DNA from: Macrostomum lignano
Lineage: Eukaryota
Direction: 5' to 3'
DNA length: 64,000 nt
Assembly: GCA_002269645.1 (NCBI GenBank)
Contig: NIVC01001210.1
Location: forward strand, 186,001-250,000
Shown: in pieces, positions 25,007 through 36,917 of the stretch
Layout: every line of letters starts with the position of its first letter
Numbering within the stretch: the stretch's first letter is position 1
The notes under the pieces: model-generated
The model's database searches: none
What the model was told of the DNA's origin: nothing
Seen by the model: only the letters and a program-made list of their open reading frames with translations
Position numbers and translations under genes: made by a program

Positions 25007-26317
25007 CACTCAGCAACATTTAAAACGCAACACTCTAACTAGAAGAAAAATCAACTCACTCAGAAGAGTCAAAGCGCATAGTCTATGGTTCAAATCGAGC
25101 TTCAGAAACGCGTGTAGCCTCCTCTCGCAAGTAACAGGGCGTTGACTCGACGTGGCATTCCCAGAACAAGGCGTCGAAAAAAGTCCTGGGGAATTTCCTG
25201 CCACGCGTTAGCAACAGCGTTTCGTAGTTCAGCGACTGTCTGCGGCGGATTCTGCCGTTGAACACTCCGCTTGATAAAGTCCCAGACATGTTCAATTGGG
25301 TTCATATCAGGGGATCTTGAAGGCCACCGAAGAGTACGCAGGTGCAGCTGGTCCTTGAGTTCGCTGACAGCTGCTGCCCGGTGCGCCGGTGCATTATCGT
25401 CCTGCAGTATGCAGTTTGCGACGCCATCAAAGTGGTTGTTAACAAAAGGGAGCAGATGCGTCTGCATCAAACGAGCGTACTCATCGCCGTTCACGTTTGC
25501 GTCTAAGAAAACCAGCTGGGTCCTGCCTTGCATTGAAATCCCTGCCCACACGTGTACGGAGGGTCCCTGCCCATCGCAGCTTTGCACGTGCTGCTGCAGA
25601 AGCTCTTGCCGTGGCTCACGCCAGACGCGAATTCGACCATCACTTCGAAAAAGACGAAACCGACTCTCGTCTGTAAAGATAACGCGCTGCCACTGTCCTT
25701 GCCGCCAGTGCGCCCGCTGCATGGCCCACAGTTCCCTGTTAGCGACATGTGCAGGACTCAGGCGCGGCCTCCTCCGCATTTTTTTTGACCGCAATCCTGC
25801 AGCGTGAATCCTGCGGCGAATCGTCTGCGCGCTGAGAACGTTGCCTCTGCGGCTTCTCTCTGCCCACATCAATCGCAGGAGTGTGGCAGGCAGTGTGGGG
25901 TTTCCACGCACTATTCTCAGCAGGCGTCGATCTGCCCTCGCTGTTGTACTGCGAAGTTGGTGAAGCACCGTACCTTTTCTCGCGTGAGCCACGCTTCCAG
26001 TGGCTCTGCTCTTCTGTAGCAGACGTAAAACTGTTGAAGGCGACCTCCCGAAGTGGTTTGCAACTGTTCGAAGAGTACAACCTGCTTCCAACATTCCGAC
26101 TGCTCGCCATCTTTCCGCGTCTGTCATCTGTTGAACCATTCTCTCAGCTGGATCACTCTATCTGAAAACAGTCCATAGTCATCGCCCTGTTACTTGCGAG
26201 AGGAAGCTACACGCGTTTCTGAAGCTCGATTTGAACCATAGACTATGCGCTTTGACTCTTCTGAGTGAGTTGATTTTTCTTCTAGTTAGAGTGTTGCGTT
26301 TTAAATGTTGCTGAGTG
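25007..26317 (-). mobile_element. Full-length Tc1-family DNA transposon (1311 bp) in intron 2 of the calmodulin-like gene
   Basis: TA at 25005-25006 and 26318-26319. TIRs of ~140 bp (25007-25146 and 26178-26317) start CACTCAGCAAC and show 2 mismatches by eye. Intact transposase. Confidence 0.95.
25102..26139 (-). CDS. Tc1-like transposase, DD34E, 345 aa, uninterrupted
   Basis: N-terminal HTH-like region; motifs VIFTDESRF, LQDDNAPAH and SPDMNPIEHVW. 34 residues counted between the second D and the E. Confidence 0.95.
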   Translation of the reverse strand: MVQQMTDAERWRAVGMLEAGCTLRTVANHFGRSPSTVLRLLQKSRATGSVAHARKGTVLHQLRSTTARADRRLLRIVRGNPTLPATLLRLMWAERSRRGNVLSAQTIRRRIHAAGLRSKKMRRRPRLSPAHVANRELWAMQRAHWRQGQWQRVIFTDESRFRLFRSDGRIRVWREPRQELLQQHVQSCDGQGPSVHVWAGISMQGRTQLVFLDANVNGDEYARLMQTHLLPFVNNHFDGVANCILQDDNAPAHRAAAVSELKDQLHLRTLRWPSRSPDMNPIEHVWDFIKRSVQRQNPPQTVAELRNAVANAWQEIPQDFFRRLVLGMPRRVNALLLARGGYTRF

Positions 26318-26369
26318 TACCTACGAGTATCGTTTCTTAAGTAGTATCCTTAAAAGCGAATTCTTTTAC

Positions 26370-26449
26370 CTTTAATTGCTCAGTGCTTGGCGATCGACCA
26401 ATGCATCGGAGAACTGTTCCCAGCTCCTCAGTTGTGATGCAGCCGTCTC
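26370..26449 (-). CDS. Calmodulin-like protein, exon 2 (GDGCITTEELGTVLRCIGRSPSTEQLK)
   Basis: Acceptor CTAG and donor AAG|GTAAAA. Phase 1 in, phase 0 out; completes EF-hand 1. Confidence 0.9.
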
Positions 26450-26671
26450 CTAGGTAAATTAGGGATTAATGGCTTGTTGACACATTTAATAGCCTCTAAT
26501 TTCTTCTGATTAAGAGTAGCGAAGTCATTACCAACCAATTACATTTCTTATCAACTTTTAATTGAGCTAAATTCTTTTGAGCCGATGATCACATTGGGAT
26601 TCGATGTGCTTTTCAGTAAAGAAAATTGATTTCTCAAATCGAGGTCAAGCTTCATCAAGAGATCTTCTCAC

Positions 26672-26792
26672 CGTCTTTATCGAACAGTTGGAAAGTTTCC
26701 TGAAAAATCTGCAGCTCAGAGGCGGTCACCATCAGACTGTCGTCAGACTCGTCCTTCGCTGATGACGAGGCCTGCTCATTCGAGGACATCAT
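26672..26792 (-). CDS. Calmodulin-like protein, first coding exon (MMSSNEQ...FQETFQLFDKDG)
   Basis: ATG at 26792 and donor G|GTGAG at 26672/26671. Encodes the start of EF-hand 1. Total spliced product is 214 aa. Confidence 0.88.
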
Positions 26793-27552
26793 CCCTTGTG
26801 TGGTGAATGCTGCAGAGTAAAAAGGTGACTTTTTGCAAGCCGGAGGATATGGAATTGACCAATTTTCCTGGTTGTGCCGTCTCAGCTCTCAGGATTCCAG
26901 AGGTGCTATCCGTTCTGCTTCTCGGATGATACTCGAGACCCGATTTTTATCCTATACTTATAACAGTGTCCCAGTGGCTCCGATAGGAGCTCTCCGGGGA
27001 TTTCTTCGAGAAAGGGAAGTGAATTTCTACGAAAAAAGGAGTTCCCAGCAGAGCAGAGCTTTATATCCTAATTCTCTCGACTTCGATTCTCCATCCTCCT
27101 CTTCCCGCCTCAGCTTCCTCTAAGCGGCCATTCGAAAAAGAAAGAAAATGAGCTGTGAACTGAAGATGCAGTGCCTAGAAAATGAAGGTAGCGTCGCAAC
27201 TGGTCAAAAAACATTTCATCATTTTCGCTATTCATCTCGACTGCAAAATAATGATGAATTGGAATAGCAACCGATGTAAAGAGATGCGACTAGAGGAAGA
27301 GTAGGGGTAGGGATGATGGAAATCAAAGGATTCCTCAGTGGATTCACCCCCTCCCCCTATAATCCTAATTATCCATGCCGTTGGACTGAGCAACTCCGTG
27401 CAGCACAGATCAACGACCGGGGCTTGAGTGGAGCTAATCACCTGGCAAACCCAGCTCTGCGCCTGAGCAGTTGTGCTACAGTGAACGAACTAATGCCTTC
27501 TTTATCTACATCTACATGTAGTAGGCTGTTTCTCAGTTCATTCTTATAGCTC

Positions 27553-27780
27553 CGTACAGCAGTCCGACGTCGTCGACGTTGGCAGAAGTTTTCGTCGTCT
27601 ATCGATGTCGATGACAGATATGTACTTTACATTGCACCGACGGATAACGACGTCATACGTCGGCTTAATAACGACGTCATACGTCGGCTTAACGTCGGTG
27701 TAATATAAAAGTACATACATATATCTGTCATCGACGTCGATAGACGTCGAAAAAGTCGGCCAACGTCGGATTGTTGTACG
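27553..27780. mobile_element. MITE-like, CpG-rich imperfect palindrome
   Basis: The left arm CGTACAGCAGTCCGACG...GATGACAGATATGTAC pairs with the right arm ending CGTCGGATTGTTGTACG. Internal 24 bp direct duplication. No clear TSD. Confidence 0.6.
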
Positions 27781-28530
27781 AAAACTCGACAGCTCAGCTC
27801 GAAATTTTTCCCCAGCTTTTTAATTCTGCACCTACCTATCGATTCTAGAACTTCTCTTGTCTATATTCGTCCCCTCTGTCGGTTCCTGCTGAGGAGCTAG
27901 AAGATTTAATCGAACAAGTTAAGTTTAAGATGATGCTCACCTTCCTCGAAGTCTCGAAGTTCATTCCGTTTAAATGAACTTCTATTAACCGTTGCATTCC
28001 AATCCAAGTGCAACAAGTTGGACAATAAATAGTAGCTCTAATTAAACTTAGAGTTTGATTTGAGGTAACTCGATCGCATTGGATTCACAACAGCTTCGAA
28101 GCAACTGCAAACTCTAGTTCGAGTACAGCTTCGCTTCTCCAGTTTGAAATTGTCTGCATCGGTATGGCCATGCAGTTGTCAATGCTCTTAAGTGCAGACT
28201 GCTCCAAACCGAGGTCAGACCAACTTCGAGACAAACTTCTGCATGATGATCTTCTTGGCGACGTGAGACGCCACACTACCGAGGTACATGTGATTGAAAA
28301 TCTTACAGTGTGCGAGCATAGATACAACATGTACGCTCGTATATGTGCAATTTAAATGCAGATGCATGCATTAAAATTAATCAAATAATTCTTTAATTTA
28401 CATTTAATTCCGTCAAGGACGAATGACAAAGTCTACTTAAGCCGTCCTCGATTTGCATGTATATCCTCTAGCTTATAGCTTATTTAACATTTACTTACAT
28501 GCATCTTTTTGGATAATGGGATATATCTAA

Positions 28531-28963
28531 GCAGGGGCGCCGCCATGGATTTTATGGTGGGGGGACAAAGCCAAGAATTCAACCTGTACATGTGCATGAC
28601 TAAATCAAGGACTTCTAGACTAGTCTAGTCTAGAAGTCCTTAGTCTAGTCTAGAAGTCCTTGGACTAAATTCCATCGTTTTGAGAATCGTGTTGTCAGCC
28701 CTCATTTTGGCGCCACAGGCACTCATTTTGGCGCCGCAGGCACTCATTTTAGCGCCTCAGGCACTCTTTTTGGCGCCGCAGGCACTCATTATAGCGCCCT
28801 ACTAGGCGCTATACATGTATTTGGGTGGCCCTGAGGAAAAATTATTGATTACCACCAACCATGGTCACAAGGTGGGGTGAGGGGGACACAGCATTGGCAT
28901 GTCCCCCCATAGCTTTTACTGGGTGGGACATGTCCCCCCTCCCCCCCCGGTGGCGACGAGCCT
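28531..28963. mobile_element. Non-autonomous DNA element with degenerate TIRs and an 8-9 bp flanking direct repeat
   Basis: TATATCTAA at 28522-28530 and 28963-28971. Ends AGGGGCGCCGCCA and TGGCGACGAGCCT are partly complementary. Internal GGGGGACA/TGTCCCCC inverted motifs and four copies of a 21 bp repeat. Confidence 0.55.
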
Positions 28964-29589
28964 ATATCTAATTGGTGATAATACCAATTATTGTAATGAG
29001 ATGAATCACTTACTTACAGCACACTTTTCTGTGAGTTGATCAAAGACCTATTAAGTCATATGACTACTCAAGGCATGCACACAAAGCTATTTAATTCATC
29101 CTTAGTCGTTTAATTACCTTAAGATTTTAATTACTCTGCGTGTTTTTATTCATTTAAATTCTGTTGGCGCAATTTATCGTTCTTACGGGTCCAAAAAAAC
29201 AGAAAGTAAAACAAATATACGCTACGCTATCTTTTTTACACATAGGAGTTAAAAGCCAGTATTCAGTTTTAATATGGTTATAAAGAAAACAAATATTTCT
29301 TGTACTTCATAAAAGGTGATTTATTGGTAAAATTAATTAAACGATTATTAAACTTCGACTGCCTCGTCCTCCGGCCTCTTCATAATCCTCCTTTACTATA
29401 TTTAGAAGCAGCCCAATGAAGCATTGTAAAAGTAATTACTCGAGTCCCCTGCTTTCCAGTTATTTGGATATTGGTTTCCAATGCTTCCAGTTACCGTTTT
29501 AACTATTAGCAGAACTAACTAGGCCTACTAACTAAATAAACTAAATTAAATAACTAGGCCTAGCCTAGTAGGCCCCTAGTGCCGGCTTC

Positions 29590-29670
29590 CAGTCAATTCG
29601 GCGACAAGCCAATTCGGCGACAACCGATTCGGCGACAAGTCAGTTTGGCGACAGCCAATTCGGCGAATGC
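29590..29670. repeat. Short tandem CAATTCGGCGAC-type repeats (likely the subterminal region of a non-autonomous element)
   Basis: Five copies of ATTCGGCGAC-like motifs. Confidence 0.55.
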
Positions 29671-30714
29671 TAATTAAGGCGAATTAAGGCGGATCATTGC
29701 ATAAAGCTACTACAAGTCGTTAAATGGGCCTAGGTAGTAGCCTAGTAGGGTGGTACTGATAGCCAATAAGAGTCTAGAATAGACTCGGCTGGGTTTAAAC
29801 CTAGACCTAACCTAAACTAGGCTTTCCACTTAATTAATTTATCCTATCTACTCTTCTGTTTGTGCCTAGGTAGTAGGGGCCTAGCATATTTACATACCAT
29901 CCATAGGGTTTTAATTGTAAATTAGATAAAGTTTGTTTTTTAATATTTTCATAATGGAGTACTTCTATGCATGGCGGCCATGTCTATAATATTTGAGCTT
30001 AGGCCTATACTTTTTTATAGGCATGGCTATAATCATCAATATAAAATGTGTATTCTGTAGGGCCCTCTCATAAGCAAATGGTGGCTTAGTGGACAGTGGC
30101 GCAACCAGCCCCAGGGGGGGGGGCAGTTGCCCCCCCCCTTAGGCGGAGACCCAAAAAAATCAAAGGGGAGACCAAGCAAATTTTTGCCAAAAACAGAGCC
30201 TCCCCTCCCGGGACTTTATCCTCCAGAATCCCTCCCTCAAAAAATGTCTGGTTGTGCTAGGCCTACTATTAGTAGATAGGCCCCTATGTCAACTGCCTTG
30301 TGATTGTGTATAGCAAGGTTCAAATCCTAAGTGGTTGGACTTTTTTTAATGCCACACTTAGAGACATGGTGGCCATGTCTATAATGCAGAAACTTATAGA
30401 CAATGTGGCCATGTCTCTAATAGTAACTAGGTCCATATTTATAGACACGGCTGCCATGTTTATAAAAAACTTAAAAAGTTCAAGACACAAAAAATTCTAT
30501 TCAGTAATAAAAATTTAAATTATAAAAAATGCTGACCTCTTTAGTTTAGATTCAAACCTTCCTATATGCAATCACAGGCAATTGATATATCCACTAAGCA
30601 CCATTTTCTTATGAGAGAACCCTACAGAACATGCATTTTATATTGATGATAATAGCCATGCCTATAAACTTAAATATTATAGACATACATAGCCGCCATG
30701 CTTTGTCTATTAAT

Positions 30715-30746
<32 letters not shown>

Positions 30747-33213
30747 ACTCTATTTTTTAATTTGAATTTTTAGCAAGCAGACATTTTTGAATCTAGATTT
30801 TTTAAAATTAATTATTAAAAAAAATAAATTTAATTACTTTTTTAATAAGAGTAATTTGCTAAATCTTAAAGTGCAACTGCAATTATATATGTAGCTATAT
30901 CTGTAATTAATTGAACTTACAGATTATTACAAGTTTATATTATAAAAAGTTTGCCATATTTTTGTTCATGCTCTTTAGTTATTGCTAGATTTTCATTTAT
31001 TCTCAAGTTGCTTAAATACACATTTAGTAAGGCTACTATATAATATTTAACTCATGACAAAGTGCGGCCAATATATATCAAAAAATATATTTTTTAATAG
31101 CTACATATATAATTGTGGCCATACTTTAAGATTTAGTGTTACTCTTACAATTTAATTTAATTTAGTTTTAAAAAATTTCAAATTAAAAAAACTCTAACCA
31201 CTTAGGATTCAAACCTTTTCACACAACTACAAGGCAATTAACTTATCTACTAAGCCACCATTTGCTTATGAGAAAATTCTACAGCACACACATTTTATAT
31301 CAATGATTATATACATGGTAGCCATGCCTATAAGCTCCAATATTAATGACATAGCCATCCACCATGTTTCTAAGTGTGAACCCATTCAATATTAACAACA
31401 TGGCCTAGGTTAGTAAAATGGCAAGTGCCTTTTGTCCAAGTTACAATATCTAGCTACAATATTTGCACAATTGTTTATTTAGGTTTAAATAATCCATAAT
31501 TACCAAGCTAAGAAAAGTATAAAAACTAACTAGTAGTCAGCTAAGGATATAAGCAAGTATAGCTTAGTCTAAAATATAATGATATTAGCATTTATATTTA
31601 TTGTGCCATTTTATTGGCTTTGAAGTTTTACATTAGGACATTCAGATAGATATTAGACAATAAGGCCAGGCGAGCAAGTTACTATAAGGTCAGAAAAGCA
31701 GTTGATATGCAATAGATTCTTCTGGTATAAAAATTTGGCAATCTCTCATTGCATGTCATATATATAAGAGAGAGAGAGAAAGCTTGTTCTTATAGCTTTG
31801 CTATTAGACTTTGCAATTATATAGTATGGTCTCTATATTCCATGTTTATCTTTTGTCATAAGAGACTAGATCTGGTAATGATTGAGGCTGCTAAAGAAGA
31901 TAGAGTTGAAAATTTTCTATAGACTTTGTCTATAGGCATAGGGCCTATTGATAAATCAGAGAAAGGCTTTAGTAAGCTAGGAAATAAGACACATAGTTTG
32001 TATAAGTCATCTTGTTGGTATTAATGGTCTGCTTATAGAAGAGCAAAGTAGTCTTATTTGATGGCTTCTTTCTTCTCAATAAGAGGCAGTAAAACATAGG
32101 TTGATGTTTGATAATTATTTTTCTAGTGGCAATGCACTCAAGTGTCAAAGTGCTCAAAAAAAATACTTTTTTTGCCAATTAGCTTTTAGGGCCTAATGCC
32201 TAAGATCTACTTTTCTATTTTAGTAGGTTGAGTTGCAGTAGTCAAGATTAGATAGGTGGTATAATCAGGGAAAATTATAAATAAAAGGTATAATAAATAG
32301 GGTAGCAACATGCATGAGTAGGGCTAGGAATAAAACCTGTCAAAAAGACTGGTAGCCAAAATTGAGTTTGAGATTAGGTACCTTATGGCATCAATCTTAT
32401 AGAATTAGATTTTATAGTATAAAGTAAAGAATAACTTGGGTCTAGCATTTGATAGTAAAAGTTCAATTTTTTCTCATCTTATCTCATATGTATTGATAAT
32501 TTTAAATTTCATTCATCTTTTCCAATTGCTAATAGAACAAGTTAACAAAAGTAGAACAAAATATCAATGAACAACAACTTGTCAAGCTAATATTAGAAAT
32601 AATTGGGCAAAGAAATTTAAATAGTTGGAAGATAGTTGACCAATGCCAGAGAGGCTATATTTTCAAAAATGGACCTCTTCATTTGCCATGCATAAGAAAA
32701 GACCTAAATTATTGATTTTACAAACCATGTGCAAGAATGTTTTAAATATACACATAACAAAAAATATAAAATGGCCCAATTTGGAGCCACTAGACTCAAA
32801 AAATACATAGAGGAGATAGGAAATAGGAATTATTATTTTCAGTTTATATGAATAAATCTGACATCTAGATCAATGTCAATAAGTATCTTGCCTTTTCATA
32901 TAGCAATTAAACAATATATACCTTAATTTTTGTCAGAGCATGTCATTCATGTTGCATTAACTTTAATTTTGTTATACTGAAGTGAAGTTAAACCCTTGAT
33001 GCCATGGTGGCATCTAGTTTTTTTAAGCTAGATGCCATTTAATGTAAGTTATAAATATATATTATTGGATTGGGCAAGATTGCAATCCCATCCTACCTCT
33101 ATTTTTATTGCAACTTTATGTCTAAAAGTTGAGTTTGAATTAATTAGGCCAAAAATATGTTTGTTTATAATTTCTTGTAGTTAAACAGTAAGTTTACATA
33201 AGAAATTGAATAA

Positions 33214-33606
<393 letters not shown>

Positions 33607-33619
33607 TGAGAAATTTGTG

Positions 33620-33960
33620 GCTTTGATGTTATGGGGTATTGTTACAGAGGGTCATTAATTTTTGGGGAATTATTTTACAGATTGCCATGATTTTCATGGG
33701 GTATTATTCTGCAGATTGTCAAGATTTTCATGGGGAATTATTTTACAGATTTTCAAGATTTTCATGAGTTTTTTTACAGATTGGAAAGATTTTCATGGGG
33801 TATTTTTTACAGATTGAAAAGATTTTCATGGGAAATTATTTACAGATTGTCAGGATTTTCATGCAGATTTTTTTACAGATTGCCATAATTCTCATGGGGT
33901 ATTGTTTTGCAGATTGTCAAGATTTTCGTGGGGAATCATTTTACAGATGGTTTAAGATCT
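33620..33960. repeat. Degenerate ~35 bp tandem array (TTTTACAGATTGTCAAGATTTTCATGGGG)
   Basis: Repeated motif in Rap1 intron. Confidence 0.75.
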
Positions 33961-34199
33961 CGATTTCAGATTGTCTCTATAACAACTATTATTATTATTA
34001 GAATTGTCATGCTTGCTTGCAACTCCATTTGAATGCTTGCCTTGCCTTCAGTCTGCACAAGGTCGCGTCATGTAGGCCCATATTAGTTAAAGCTGTTCAT
34101 AATATACATTATAATATACATATTGGATAAAGTTCCTGTTGTTCGGCACAATGTCAAATAGAGTAAGTTAGAGATTCTGCGCAGTCTGTAGGGGCCAGA

Positions 34200-34200
<1 letters not shown>

Positions 34201-34291
<91 letters not shown>
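34201..34291. repeat. (GA)n microsatellite
   Basis: Perfect dinucleotide run. Confidence 0.98.
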
Positions 34292-34294
<3 letters not shown>

Positions 34295-35321
34295 TGTAAA
34301 CAGCCGCAGAGTCCTGATGCTTCAAATTAGGCACAGTATTTCTTATTTTAACAAGTAAACATTGCTACGATTAGTAACTAGTACTTTCGCATAGCGAGGA
34401 TTATAGCTACTAGCGGCTACTGCGGAGGCTAATTAGGCTAGATGCCCGATTCGCCTAATCCCTCATTCCTCTGCCTCTTATGTGTTCCTTTTCCTGTGTC
34501 TGTGCGAGTATCTGTCCACCTGCTTCCTGAGCTAGCATTTCCTCTTCTTTCTGTTCAATTCTATTTGGCAAATGGAGTTTCTGCATCATGCAGGAACTGC
34601 CCTGGGACTCTCTCTGCTGCGTGTCTGTCTCTCAGTCTTCATTATTTTTGGGTCCCCCCCCCCAGTTCCGGTCAGCATGATTTGAGCCTAATGATATGCG
34701 GCATTGATGTATCCATTGTACATAAAAGTGCGCATGCATGCATCTGATAGCAACTAACCGCTGCCGGTTTTGCTTAACTTGCAATTTAGTGCAAGTATTA
34801 GCAGTAAATGCGCAGATCTATTGGGCTAACAATTGTTTACTATATTACACGTTGAAAATGTTTCCGTGACAAGAATTGGTAATGGCTCATTGCAAACAAC
34901 TCACTAGTGACCCTAGCGACTCTTGTGACACTTTTTAACGACTCAAACGATTGCAATAGGCGACTGTTGAGTCACGAGCTCAAAATTGCCGCGAAAAAGT
35001 CGTCCAAAAGAGTCGTTTTGTTAGTGCTTAACTTTCTACTAACTCTAGTAGGCTAAATAGAGTTATAAATGCGAAATGCGATGATAAGTGACGCAGATGC
35101 GCTTTAGACACAACTCAGTGATTCCACAGTGACTCAACGCACGCCTCAGATACCCGACTCTACGGCCCCAGAGTCGTTTCAGAGTCGCAGACAAAAGAAA
35201 CACCTCAATCGTCGTTTGAGAGTCGTCTAGAGTCACTTCTTTTTTGCTTTGCCTTTGCTACCTGCAAACGACTATTATATGGTAATAATAAATTCATTTT
35301 CTGCTTGGACTTATTTATAAG

Positions 35322-35462
35322 GTACCGATCATTCTGGTTGGCAACAAGTGCGACTTAGAGGACGAGCGAACTGTTGGCAAGGACCAAGGTCACAATCTCG
35401 CTAGGCAGTGGAATTGCGCTTTCCTGGAAACCTCGGCCAAGGCTAAACTCAATGTGCAAGAG
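35322..35462 (+). CDS. Rap1: Rap1 coding exon 2 ([12 protein letters not shown]...[12 protein letters not shown])
   Basis: NKCD and ETSAK motifs; AG/GT boundaries, phase 0. Confidence 0.96.
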
Positions 35463-35559
35463 GTGAGTGAGCTCTGCCACTGTGCGGGGGCCGTGGAGAT
35501 GAGATGACGATTAGGGAGAGCGAGATGTAGGTTGCTTAGATTGCGATGTGGAGTAAAGG

Positions 35560-36750
35560 GAAAGTAAAATGTATATTAGGGGTGATGTTTAGAAAGGGAA
35601 AATAAGATGTGGACTAGGGTTGAGATCTAGGTTAGGGGAGGGTGAGGTGTAGGTTAGGGAAGAACGAGAAAGGTTAGGAGAGAGTGAGATGTAGGTTAGG
35701 GAAGAATGGGATGTAGGTTAGGGGGGAGTGGGATGTAGATTAGGGGCGAGTGAGATGTAGGTTAGGGAAGAATGAGATGTAGATTAGGGGCGAGTGAGAT
35801 GTAGGTTAGGGGAGAGTGGGATGTAGGTTAGGGGCGAGTGAGATGTAGATTAGGGGAGAGTGGGATGTAGGTTAGGGGAGAGTGGGATGTAGATTAGGGG
35901 AGAGTGGGATGTAGGTTAGGGGAGAGTGGGATGTAGATTAGGGGAGAGTGGGATGTAGGTTAGGGGAGAGTAAAATATAGATTAGGGGAGAGTGTGATGT
36001 AGGTTAAGGGAGAGTGAGATGTAGATTAGGGGAGAGTGGGATGTAGGTTAGGGAGAGTGAGATGTAGATTAGGGGAGAGTGAGATGTAGGTTAAGGGAGA
36101 GTGAGATGTAGATTAGGGGAGAGTGGGATTTGATTAGGGGAGATTGGGATGTAGATTAGGGGAGAGTGAGATGTAGATTAGGGGAGAGTGGGATTTGATT
36201 AGGGGAGATTGGGATGTAGATTAGGGGAGAGTGAGATGTAGATTAGGGGAGAGTGGGATGTAGGTTAGGGGAGAGTGGGATGTAGATTAGGGGAGAGTGG
36301 GATGTAGGTTAGGGAGAGTGGGATGTAGATTAGGGGAGAGTGGGATGTAGGTTAGGGAGAGTAAAATATAGATTAGGGGAGAGTGGGATGTAGGTTAAGG
36401 GAGAGTGAGATGTAGATTAGGGGAGAGTGGGATGTAGGTTAGGGAGAGTGAGATGTAGATTAGGGGAGAGTGAGATGTAGGTTAGGGGAGAGTGGGATGT
36501 AGGTTAGGGGAGAATGAGATTTGATTAGGGGAGATTGGGATGTAGATTAGGGGAGAGTGAGATGTAGATAGGGGCGAATTAGGGGAGAGTGGAATGCAGA
36601 TTAGGGGCGAATTAGGGGAGAGTGGAATGCAGATTAGGGGCGAATGAGATGTAAGTTAGGGGAGAGTGAGATTTGATTAGGGGAGAGTGTGATGTAGATT
36701 AGGGGAAACTGGAATGTAAATTAGGGGAGAGTGAGATGTAGATGAGAGAT
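35560..36750. repeat. Intronic tandem array, 22 bp unit (GATGTAGGTTAGGGGAGAGTGG)
   Basis: About 50 copies. Confidence 0.94.
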
Positions 36751-36821
36751 TTAGTCGGAGATAGGTGGCACAGGCACTGCTAGCAGAGCACACCAGACGC
36801 CCCCCCCCCCCTGTCCCGCAG

Positions 36822-36917
36822 ATATTCTTCGACCTGGTCAGGCAAATCAATCGGCGGTCGGCTGACCCGCGCAAGAAGGACAGCAAGAAGAGCAAGTCTC
36901 GCTGCGACGTTCTGTAA
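36822..36917 (+). CDS. Rap1: Rap1 coding exon 3 (IFFDLVRQINRR...KKSKSRCDVL*), polybasic region plus CaaX
   Basis: Acceptor CGCAG at 36817-36821, TAA at 36915-36917. Total 186 aa. Confidence 0.95.
   Translation: MFFDLVRQINRRSADPRKKDSKKSKSRCDVL

Noticed and set aside
25271-26165. Additional overlapping ORFs within the transposon
   Set aside because: Antisense or alternate-frame shadows of the GC-rich transposase with no recognisable motifs.
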